DNA of 32,000 bases from Gemmata obscuriglobus (GTDB lineage Bacteria; Planctomycetota; Planctomycetia; Gemmatales; Gemmataceae): contig NZ_CP042911.1 of assembly GCF_008065095.1 (NCBI RefSeq), forward strand, positions 6,300,001 to 6,332,000, read 5' to 3'. The position numbers were made by a program, and so were the translations under genes. Each line of letters opens with the position of its first letter. Position 1 is the stretch's first letter. Below are positions 10,015 through 17,775 of this stretch, piece by piece. The notes beneath the pieces were generated by a model that worked only from the letters and a program-made list of their open reading frames with translations, searched no databases and was not told the DNA's origin.

Positions 10015-10965
10015 TCAGGCCTGTGGTTCGGGCGGGAGCAGGGCGCGGAGCGCGTCGAGGTCGGGGGCGGTCTTGGCCGCCTGGAGGAGTTGCTCCAGGG
10101 TCGCAGCGTCGGTAATCTGTTGGACGCGCGGCATCAGCGAGGTGCCGTCCGCGCGGAATCGCAGGTCGAGAACGGCCTCGATCCCGTTGCGCAGCCCCCT
10201 GGCGGCGCCCGCGTCCAACAGCCGTTGTTCGCGGGGCGTGATCACCGGCATCTGTTTCTCCTTCTCGAACCGGTCGAGGTCGGCATCGAATTGAGCGACC
10301 TGTGGTGCGGGCAGCGACATCATCCAGTCGACGAGCCGGAACAGGCGAACGATCTCCGCGGGACCGGTTCCGCGGTCGTACAGCCCTTTCACGACCCGCA
10401 GCTTCCATGCTAGCCGGTCCGCCGGGCTGTTGTTCGTTTCGATCGTTTTCAGATGCGCCAACGCAAACGGGGCGAACGGGTTCGGGGATTGCTCCAGCTC
10501 TTCCTCGCGGCCCCGCCAGTCCATGACCTTCGCGACCGGGAACGTGAACCGCACCTCGCAGCCCTAGCGTCCGGCGGTGAATTCCATCGGGCACCACGAG
10601 CGACTGGCGTCGCCGAGTACGGCGACGCTCACCGGCATTTTACCGTACTTGTCCTCTAACCGGTGGTTGTAGCGATACATGCGCTGCGACAGGTCCGCGT
10701 CCTGCTGGCTCTGCACTTCAACATGAACGAGCACCCACTCCTCGCGCCCCTGCGCAGTGAACACCCGGGCGAGCTTGTCCACAGTCCCGCGCCCGGTTGC
10801 GGCGTTGGGAGCGAGTTGCTGAAGTTCCTTGTCAAGGAACTCGACCGGCCGCGCCCAGTCGATCTCACGGGCCACCTCCGGGAACAGCAGTTCGGCGAAC
10901 GGCTGGAAGTACTGTTCCAGGGCCTCTTTCCAAGGGCCGTCGAATTCGGCTGCCGGGTCGCTCAA
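10015..10965 (-). pseudogene. Rpn-family (YhgA-like PD-(D/E)XK) recombination-promoting nuclease / putative transposase, interrupted by one in-frame TAG
   Basis: ORFs 10564..10965 (133 aa) and 10015..10554 (179 aa) are in the same frame (10965-10554=411). They are separated only by TAG at 10566-10564: ...PMEFTAGR*GCEVRFTFPVAKVMDW. The N-part has DGPWKEALEQYFQPFAELLFPE...FLDKELQQL...VDKLARV...WVLVHVEVQSQQD...RMYRYNHRL. The C-part has NPFAPFALAHLKT...RLFRLVDWMMSLP...EKEKQMPVITPREQ. Together they match, from memory, the ~310-aa Rpn/DUF4351-type family. The start is TTG 10965 with GGAG 6 nt upstream. Confidence 0.7.
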
Positions 10966-10968
10966 CCG

Positions 10969-13900
10969 TCACTCCGCGTAGAGGAACTCGTTCAGGCAGA
11001 ACAACACCTGGCACAGGTCGGCGAGTTTCGCTTCGCGGTCGGCGCCGGTCGCGCCCTTCAAGAACGCGATACCGTCCGTCAGTTCGTCTTTGGTGGGGGC
11101 GCGGCACAGCGCGATCTGATAGGCATTGGCGATGCTATCCGGGTCACTTGCCTTGCCGCCGTTGGAGGCACGCGCCGCGAGCCCGTAGGCCGCGGCGCGG
11201 ACGTGCGGGTTGTTCATCAGGTGGAGCGACTGCGGCGCGACGGTCGTGTTCGGGCGGTCGCCGACGCCGACGGTGCCGTCCGGGGCGTCGAACACCACCA
11301 ACGCCGGGATCAGCTTGCTCCGCTTCATCGTGAAGTAAACGCTGCGCCGAGTGCTCTCCTCGCTCAGTGTGCCCGGGCCGTACATGGTGGTGTTGAGCCG
11401 CCCGCCCGCCGCCAGAATGCTGTCGCGGATCACCTCCGCCTGGAGCCGCCGCACCGGCTGCCGCCACACCAGCTTGTTCTCGGGGTCGAGCTTCACCTTC
11501 GCCTCATCGCGAACCGAACTCTGCTGGTACGCGGCGCTGGTCACGATGAGCTTGTGAATCGGCTTCAACTTCCAACCGCCGCGGACCAACTCGGCTGCCA
11601 AGTAATCGAGCAGTTCGGGATGAGAAGGGGCGTCCCCGCGCACCCCGAAGTCGCTCACCGTTGCCACCAGCCCGCGCCCGAAGTGCTGCGCCCACAGCCG
11701 ATTCACGACGACCCGCGCGACCAGGTTCCCGGCGCCGCTCTCGGTATCGGTGAGCCAGTTGGCGAACGCCGTCCGCCGGTAGCTGAGGCGTGCTCCCGCC
11801 GGTGCCGGCTTCACCCACTTGGTTTGCGCTTCGGCGTCGGGCATCAAGGTTTGCAGGAAAGACACCTGCGCAACGCCGTTTTTCTGAGCCGGGTCGCCGC
11901 GGCGGAGGAAGTGCGTTTCGTTCAGAAACTCGGCTTCGGCTTGCGTGTGCAGCTTGACCGCCGGTAGCCCCTCGCTCGCAACCAGCGCCTTCACCTTGTT
12001 CGGCTTCGGAGCGGTCGCAAGGTGATCCCGCTCGGCCTTCTGAAGCTTTCGGTACTCGGCATCTTGTGGGGCGTACCACTTCAAGAGCGCGGCCGTTTGC
12101 TCCGGGGTGCGCCCGCCCGCGGGGCGAGCCAAAGCGGTTTGAACGAGTTCGCTTGTTGCGGGGGCGGTCAGGTCCGGTTTCTCACTCGCACTCACCGCAA
12201 ACCGCGGCCGACCGATCCCGTGCCCGGTATTGTTGTTGAACGACAGCGTCACGGTAAGCCTGGTGCCGCCCGTGAAGCCCACCGGCTTCTCGAACGTGAA
12301 GGCCGCCGCGTGGTCCTTCCCGAATTGCGGGTCCACAGCCCACGCGCTGGTTGCGTTGTCGTCAACCGCGGCGGCCACCGGGAGCCCCTTTTGCTCGAAC
12401 GTGGCCCGCGGGTCGATCAGCTTCACCCGAACCGGCGGTTGCGCCTCTTTTTGCGCAATGGGTTCCGCAAACACCCGCAGGTCGGACAGCGCAAAGTTGC
12501 CGTTGGCGGCCCGGCCCGGTCCGCTCTTCACCAATCCGGCGTGCGTCAGCGCCTCTAATCGCAAGGCTTTGATGCCTTTCAGGTCGGTGAAAAGCTCGAA
12601 GGTGAGCGTTTCGGTGGTCGGGTTCTTCCCCGACAGCAGCACGCTCCCGTCGGGCTGAGCGGTGACAGTGGCACCACCCGCCGACTTACTGGCCCCGATG
12701 CGTGGCAGCAGCCAGTTCGCCCCGGAAAGCGCCTTCCCGCTCTGCTCTTTTTCCCACGTCGCGAAGCGGGTCGGCAGTTGTTCCCGTTCGAACTGCTCCA
12801 GAGCGTCCGTGAACCGCTTGTGTGCGGCGTCGAACGCCTTCTTCTGGCTCGCGTACTTCTCGGGCTCGAGGTCCAGTTCTACCTCGGTTCGGACGACGGT
12901 GGTGAACGCGGACAGCATCCGGTAGTAGTCGCGCGCCGGGATCGCATCGTACTTGTGGTCGTGGCACCGCGCGCACCCGGTGGTGAGCCCCAGGAACGTC
13001 GTCCCGATGTTGCCGAGGATGTCGTCGAGTTCGTCGTACCGGTGCTTCTCGGCCTCGTTCTTGGTGATCTGCGTGCTGTGGACGCCCGCAGCGAGGTAGC
13101 CCGTGGCCATCAGCGCGAGTGGATCGTTCGGCGCGAACTCGTCGCCCGCGAGCTGCCACTTCGTAAAGGTGTCGAACGGGAGGTCGGAGTTGAGCGCCTT
13201 GATGACGAAGTCGCGGTAGTGGTAGGCGGTGGGGCGGTCGTAATCGTGCTCGAACCCGTGGCTCTCGGCGAACCGCACGAGGTCCAGCCAGTGTCGCGCC
13301 TGCTTCTCGCCGAAGTGCGGGGACGCGAGCAGCGAGTCGACAACCTTCTCGTAAGTCTGTGGCGAAGTGTCTTTCAGGAAGGCATCGACCTGTTCGGGCG
13401 TAGGCGGTAGCCCGATGAGCCCCAAGTACGCGCGGCGGATCAGGGTGCGCCGGTCCGCGGCGGGGTTGGGCTTCAACCCGGCTTTCTCCAGTTTGTCGAG
13501 CAGAAACCCGTCAATTGGGTTTTGGGTCTCCGGCTTCGGATTGCGGACGTCCCGTGCGAGTGGCTGATACGCCCAATGCTTCTTGTCCGTGGCCGCGACG
13601 GTTTTCCTCGTCCACGCAGTCTCGTCCACCGCGACGAACGGCTTGTCGTATGGCGCGCCGAGGTCGATCCACTCGGCAATCTTTTGGAGATCGGCGTCCG
13701 GGAGCTTGCGCCCGTTCTCCGGCATGTGTGGCTCTTTGAGGTGAGCCGAGAGTTGGTAAAGCAGGCTCTTCTTGTGATCACCGCTGACGATCCCTGGGCC
13801 GCGTGCTCCCCCTTTTAGGAGGGACTCGCGGGTGTTGATATCGAGTTCACCCTCGACTCGCTCGCCGCTGTGGCACTTCACACATTTGGCCTGGAGCACA

Positions 13901-14043
13901 TTGCGAACGCTCGCCTTGAACAGTTCGGTGCCCTTCACCATTTTCGCGGCGTGATCAGAATCGACCGCCTCTTTCTGCGACTGTCCAAACGCGGGGGCGT
14001 GTGTCGCGACGAGCAGAACGGGCGCGAGGTAGGAGAAGCGCAT
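10969..14043 (-). CDS. PSCyt1/DUF1549/DUF1553 (planctomycete cytochrome-c domain) giant exported protein
   Basis: 1024 aa. Signal peptide MRFSYLAPVLLVATHAPAFG. Heme-binding-like CVKCHSGE (PSCyt1). DUF1549 blocks NPIDGFLLDKLEKAGLKP...RRAYLGLIGLPPTPEQVDAF and CARCHDHKYDAIPARDYYR. DUF1553 blocks FLRRGDPAQK, ARVVVNRLWAQHFGRGLV.TVSDFGVRGD.PSHPELLDYLA and PIHKLIVTSAAYQQSS. Confidence 0.95.
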   Translation of the reverse strand: MRFSYLAPVLLVATHAPAFGQSQKEAVDSDHAAKMVKGTELFKASVRNVLQAKCVKCHSGERVEGELDINTRESLLKGGARGPGIVSGDHKKSLLYQLSAHLKEPHMPENGRKLPDADLQKIAEWIDLGAPYDKPFVAVDETAWTRKTVAATDKKHWAYQPLARDVRNPKPETQNPIDGFLLDKLEKAGLKPNPAADRRTLIRRAYLGLIGLPPTPEQVDAFLKDTSPQTYEKVVDSLLASPHFGEKQARHWLDLVRFAESHGFEHDYDRPTAYHYRDFVIKALNSDLPFDTFTKWQLAGDEFAPNDPLALMATGYLAAGVHSTQITKNEAEKHRYDELDDILGNIGTTFLGLTTGCARCHDHKYDAIPARDYYRMLSAFTTVVRTEVELDLEPEKYASQKKAFDAAHKRFTDALEQFEREQLPTRFATWEKEQSGKALSGANWLLPRIGASKSAGGATVTAQPDGSVLLSGKNPTTETLTFELFTDLKGIKALRLEALTHAGLVKSGPGRAANGNFALSDLRVFAEPIAQKEAQPPVRVKLIDPRATFEQKGLPVAAAVDDNATSAWAVDPQFGKDHAAAFTFEKPVGFTGGTRLTVTLSFNNNTGHGIGRPRFAVSASEKPDLTAPATSELVQTALARPAGGRTPEQTAALLKWYAPQDAEYRKLQKAERDHLATAPKPNKVKALVASEGLPAVKLHTQAEAEFLNETHFLRRGDPAQKNGVAQVSFLQTLMPDAEAQTKWVKPAPAGARLSYRRTAFANWLTDTESGAGNLVARVVVNRLWAQHFGRGLVATVSDFGVRGDAPSHPELLDYLAAELVRGGWKLKPIHKLIVTSAAYQQSSVRDEAKVKLDPENKLVWRQPVRRLQAEVIRDSILAAGGRLNTTMYGPGTLSEESTRRSVYFTMKRSKLIPALVVFDAPDGTVGVGDRPNTTVAPQSLHLMNNPHVRAAAYGLAARASNGGKASDPDSIANAYQIALCRAPTKDELTDGIAFLKGATGADREAKLADLCQVLFCLNEFLYAE

Positions 14044-14224
14044 AACAAGAACCTCGTCAGGCGGGTACGAACGAGGTTACCAGTTCGCGCCCGGCGATGG
14101 AAGCCACAACCAAGCTCCCGACCGGACAGTTCAGGGGGCCACGCGGAAAAAACTTGTCCGCCCGGTACGGCGGCCGGACATTACATCTCACCAGAGACCA
14201 CCACCCACCGATGAAGGGGCACGG

Positions 14225-15988
14225 ATGGCCACACTCCTCACACTCCTCCGCCGCTCGGGCGCACCCGTCACCGACGCCGAACTACTCGACCGCTTCGGTC
14301 GAACGCGCGACGAAGCGGCGTTCGCCGAACTGGTCCGGCGGCACGGCCCTGTGGTGTACCGGATCTGCCGGCGGCTGGTCGGACCGGCCGACGCGGACGA
14401 CGCGTTCCAGTCCACCTTCTTGGTGCTCGCGACTCGTCTACGAGCGGCCCGGGCGTCCGGCGCGCTGGGCGGGTGGCTGGCCGGCGTTGCCGGGCGGGTC
14501 GCGCGACAGATGCGGCGCATGGCCGCGCGCCGGTTGCGGCACGAACAAGCATCCGGAGAGGAACGGCCCGTCGCGTGGGAGGACCGAGCGGCCGACCTGG
14601 AAGATCAGATCCGGGCGCTCGACGAGGAGCTGACGCGCCTGCCGGAAGAGTTGCGCGGACCGGTGGTGTTGTGCCTGCTTCAGGGGTACACGCAGGAGCA
14701 GGCCGCGGCCGAGTTGGGGCGCGACCCGCGCACCCTGCGCCGGCGCCTGGACCGGGCCAAGGGGGTGCTGCGGGCGCGGCTGGAACGTCGGGGCGTGGTG
14801 CCCGCGGTGGCAGCGGCGCTGGTGTCCGGTGGTGGCGGGGCGGTCACGGCAGTGCCTCCGGATCTGAACACCCGAGCGGTCTGTCTGGTGTGCGATTTCT
14901 TGGCCGGTGGCGTGTCGCCCTCGTCGCCCCCGGTCACGCTCGCGAAAGGAGTTGCGACGGCCATGCACGCGCGGAAACTGGTGTGGACGATGGCGGTGGT
15001 GGCGCTCGGGGCAATGGGGCTGGGTGTGGTGACAGCGAACAACGGCCCGCCGGGGGCGGCGCTCACGCCTCCGGCGGCGCCGATCAAAGAGTTGGCGAAG
15101 GAGCCGGTGGACAAGCCGACGGCCAACGCGGACGAGGTGACCGGGCTCGATTGGGCGAAGGATGAAGAGCTGGCCAAGCGCGCGGTCGAGGCGCTGAAGC
15201 GTGACCCGAAGGCGGTGCCGTCGGTGGTGATCCAGTCCGTGTGCGTCCATGTGCCCGACGGGTTCTGCAAACGCGCCGGGCTGACCGAAAACTCACTGGT
15301 GGGTCCTGGAGGCGATTGCTGGCAGTTAAACCAGCGTGAAGCGCGAATGCTCAAGAGCCTGCTCGCCACGGAACGGAACAGTTCCGTCGTTCACCGCCAC
15401 CAGCTCGTCGTGGCAGACGGTAAGATGGCTTCCGCGGAATCTCTCCGGAAGTTGGACGTGGTCACCAGCGTGCAAACGACGACCGAAGGTGGGGCCAAGG
15501 TTTACACCACCAAGACACGGCCTGTAGAGGTGGGGCTCAAGCTCCGGTTCGCTCCGAAGTTTTTACCCAACGGCTCCGCATCTCTGGATGTCAAGTTAAC
15601 CAATACTGTGGTTGTCGGACCAGGGGTGGAACATTTCCAAGGCTATCTTGAGATTTTGTCAGATCCTGCTAATTTCCACGACACCTCATGGATGCGGAGG
15701 AGTTTGCACGGGAGAAACCTCCTGGTGGAGATGATTGACGGGGGAGCGGTTGTTGTGAGGACTCGCCACAAAGGTAGCCTTTCACAGACCACTGTCAACA
15801 TCGGCGGCATCCCATTGACCGAATTGCCAGAGCATAACGGCTCGGCATATGAAGTGTTACTGCTGCTGACGGCCGATGTAGTTGGACCGCAAGACAAAAT
15901 CACGCGACCTCATCCGAATGCCCTGCCCGCTTCACCGCCGAAAATGCCATCCGACCCAGCGGGGCTCGGGCCGTCCACGAACCCGTAA
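14225..15988 (+). CDS. ECF (sigma-70 family) sigma factor fused to a TM helix and a ~320-aa extracytoplasmic secretin-like domain
   Basis: 587 aa. Region 2: FAELVRRHGPVVYRICRRLVG..DADDAFQSTFLVLA. Region 4: LPEELRGPVVLCLLQGYTQEQAAAELGRDPRTLRRRLDRAKGVLRARL. One TM helix KLVWTMAVVALGAMGLGVVT (aa 251-270, nt 14975-15034). The C-terminal part shows secretin-like blocks (see findings). There is no stop between the modules. Confidence 0.85.
   Translation: MATLLTLLRRSGAPVTDAELLDRFGRTRDEAAFAELVRRHGPVVYRICRRLVGPADADDAFQSTFLVLATRLRAARASGALGGWLAGVAGRVARQMRRMAARRLRHEQASGEERPVAWEDRAADLEDQIRALDEELTRLPEELRGPVVLCLLQGYTQEQAAAELGRDPRTLRRRLDRAKGVLRARLERRGVVPAVAAALVSGGGGAVTAVPPDLNTRAVCLVCDFLAGGVSPSSPPVTLAKGVATAMHARKLVWTMAVVALGAMGLGVVTANNGPPGAALTPPAAPIKELAKEPVDKPTANADEVTGLDWAKDEELAKRAVEALKRDPKAVPSVVIQSVCVHVPDGFCKRAGLTENSLVGPGGDCWQLNQREARMLKSLLATERNSSVVHRHQLVVADGKMASAESLRKLDVVTSVQTTTEGGAKVYTTKTRPVEVGLKLRFAPKFLPNGSASLDVKLTNTVVVGPGVEHFQGYLEILSDPANFHDTSWMRRSLHGRNLLVEMIDGGAVVVRTRHKGSLSQTTVNIGGIPLTELPEHNGSAYEVLLLLTADVVGPQDKITRPHPNALPASPPKMPSDPAGLGPSTNP
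15084..15280 (+). repeat. Copy A of a 197-bp near-identical direct repeat inside the paralogous genes
   Basis: 15084-15280 aligns to 16323-16519 (offset 1239). I saw only 2 mismatches (ccggtGgac/ccggtAgac; acgCgcc/acgGgcc). Flanking homology (14939-15083 vs 16184-16322) is clearly more diverged and has a 6-nt indel. Confidence 0.9.
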
Positions 15989-16144
15989 CGTTTGGCGACG
16001 GTGACCTTGTGCGGTTGATCGGCACCGCTGTGTCCGTGCTGTAGTTCATCGTGGAGAGGCGTTCGGAAGTCGCGCACCTTTGCCGCAATCGGTGGCTCAC
16101 AAGATCGTCTGGCAACGGCACTGACCTTCGGCGCTTCGGGTGTT

Positions 16145-17104
16145 GTGTTCGATTTCGTGACCGGCGGTTCTTTGCCGGTCGTCCTCGCGAAGGGAGTTGC
16201 GACGACCATGCACGCACGGAAGTTGACGTGGACGTCAATGGCACTGGTAGCAGTGGGTTTGGGGGCGGTGGCGGCGAATAACGGCCCGCCGGTGGCGGCG
16301 CCCACGCCCCCGGTGGCGCCGGTCAAAGAGTTGGCGAAGGAGCCGGTAGACAAGCCGACGGCCAACGCGGACGAGGTGACCGGGCTCGATTGGGCGAAGG
16401 ATGAAGAGCTGGCCAAGCGCGCGGTCGAGGCGCTGAAGCGTGACCCGAAGGCGGTGCCGTCGGTGGTGATCCAGTCCGTGTGCGTCCATGTGCCCGACGG
16501 GTTCTGCAAACGGGCCGGGATGACACCCACCACGCCGCCCGTGGCGGGAGCAATTATCGATCAGTGGCAACTGAGTCAGCGGGAAACGCGAATGCTCAAA
16601 GGACTTTTGGGTGCGGAGCAAAGCCGCTCCATTGTTCACCGGCGCCAGCTCGTCGTAACTGATAGGGCGATAGGCGCTGCAGAGACGCTTCAAAATCTGA
16701 ACGTGGTAACCGATGTCGAATCAACGACTGAGGAAGGCGCCCAGATCTACACAGCAAGAACCGTATCCGCAAACGTGGGACTCAAGTTCAAGTTCGCTCC
16801 CCAAATCATGTTCACGGGCGACGTGCATCTCGACATCAAATTGACCTGCTACTCTATAGACATACCGACCGTTGTTGGCGGAAAGCGTGTGGCAGTATTC
16901 AACGAAGCAGGGCTCAATGTCACGTCGCCTATTCCAGACGGCGGCACACTCGTCGTAAAAGCCGTTCACCGAGGGATACCTTGGCAGTCTCCCATTTCGA
17001 TCGGCGGAGCTTCTCTAACAGAGGTGCGTTCCGACAATACCCCTTATGAAATGTTGCAGTTCTTTACCGTTTACGCAACCGCCCCGTCGAAGAAACTGCC
17101 CTGA
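16145..17104 (+). CDS. Bitopic membrane protein with a secretin-like domain; sigma-less paralog of the C-terminal half of the preceding gene
   Basis: 319 aa with a GTG start. The first ~125 aa (LAKGVATTMHARKLTWTSMALVAVGLGAV...KELAKEPVDKPTANADEVTGLDWAKDEELAKRAVEALKRDPKAVPSVVIQSVCVHVPDGFCKRAG) are nearly identical to aa 239-352 of ORF 14225..15988. The rest is a diverged homolog (WQLSQRETRMLKGLL, RRQLVVTD, VGLKFKFAP, IPDGGTLVV, ISIGGASLTEV, YEMLQFFTV). The frame is open back to 16019 but has no ATG/GTG/TTG before 16145. Confidence 0.75.
   Translation: MFDFVTGGSLPVVLAKGVATTMHARKLTWTSMALVAVGLGAVAANNGPPVAAPTPPVAPVKELAKEPVDKPTANADEVTGLDWAKDEELAKRAVEALKRDPKAVPSVVIQSVCVHVPDGFCKRAGMTPTTPPVAGAIIDQWQLSQRETRMLKGLLGAEQSRSIVHRRQLVVTDRAIGAAETLQNLNVVTDVESTTEEGAQIYTARTVSANVGLKFKFAPQIMFTGDVHLDIKLTCYSIDIPTVVGGKRVAVFNEAGLNVTSPIPDGGTLVVKAVHRGIPWQSPISIGGASLTEVRSDNTPYEMLQFFTVYATAPSKKLP
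16323..16519 (+). repeat. Copy B of the 197-bp near-identical direct repeat
   Basis: See copy A. Downstream of 16519 and 15280 the two genes keep protein-level similarity but the nucleotide sequences differ strongly. Confidence 0.9.
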
Positions 17105-17200
17105 CTATGACCGAGCGCAGCCAGAGCTGCACGACACTGCCATTGACTGGCACCATGCGCACAGCACCGGCTCGGTCGCCAGTTCATACCGGCGGTTCGC

Positions 17201-17722
17201 TCACGCCCGCGTGCGGAACGTGTGCATCCGTTCGTACCCGGCGCGGGCCGAGCCGCTCACGTCGTCCCAGTCGGGGCCGTCCGCGCCGTACCGGTCGTGC
17301 CACTTGGTCCGCAGCGCGGGCTCGACTTCGTCAAAGGTCCGGTTCGGGTGCTCGAACTCGGACTGCAGCCCGAAGCGGTACGCCAGCGCGGCGTGCTCGT
17401 CGCTCGCCTGCTTCTCGTACTCGCGCCGGTCCAGCCACTCGCGGATCCAGTTGTCCTGGGTGGTCGGGTCGATCAACTCGCCGACGCCCTTGCCGGCCAG
17501 CCCGCCGGCGACCGCCCCCACGACGGCACCCGCGATCACCCCGGGGGGACCGAGCACCATCCCGACCGCCGCGCCGCTGGCGGCCCCGCCGAGCGCGGCG
17601 CCGACCCCGGCCTCGATCGGGTGCGACCCGGGCTGATCGGTCAGCGGGTCCGGGTTCCGCGCGCCGTACGGCGGTAGGTCGAGTGACTTCTCCGGGTCCT
17701 TGCCGTCGGATTTCTTGCTCAT
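17201..17722 (-). CDS. Glycine-zipper membrane protein with a C-terminal soluble domain (hypothetical)
   Basis: The ORF track gives 17201..17920, but that extension overlaps the upstream gene. The internal ATG 17722 has a strong SD, AAGGAG (17734-17729), at 6-nt spacing. The product is 173 aa: MSKKSDGKDPEKS..., then a Gly/Ala zipper GVGAALGGAASGAAVGMVLGPPGVIAGAVVGAVAGGLAGKGVG, then a W/D/E/R-rich tail. Confidence 0.7.
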   Translation of the reverse strand: MSKKSDGKDPEKSLDLPPYGARNPDPLTDQPGSHPIEAGVGAALGGAASGAAVGMVLGPPGVIAGAVVGAVAGGLAGKGVGELIDPTTQDNWIREWLDRREYEKQASDEHAALAYRFGLQSEFEHPNRTFDEVEPALRTKWHDRYGADGPDWDDVSGSARAGYERMHTFRTRA

Positions 17723-17775
17723 CTCGTGCTCCTTGTTGAGGGTCCAAATCCCGGCCCGCTTCCGCACGGCCGGGG

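Noticed and set aside
10966-10971. Stop-codon readthrough joining the PSCyt/DUF1553 protein to the Rpn-like ORFs (all three are in the same frame, separated by TGA and TAG).
   Set aside because: A shared frame has a one-in-three chance expectation. The PSCyt protein ends at the normal family C-terminus (...CLNEFLYAE) and the Rpn-like ORF begins at its normal family N-terminus with its own GGAG. There is no readthrough context or recoding signal that I can recognise.
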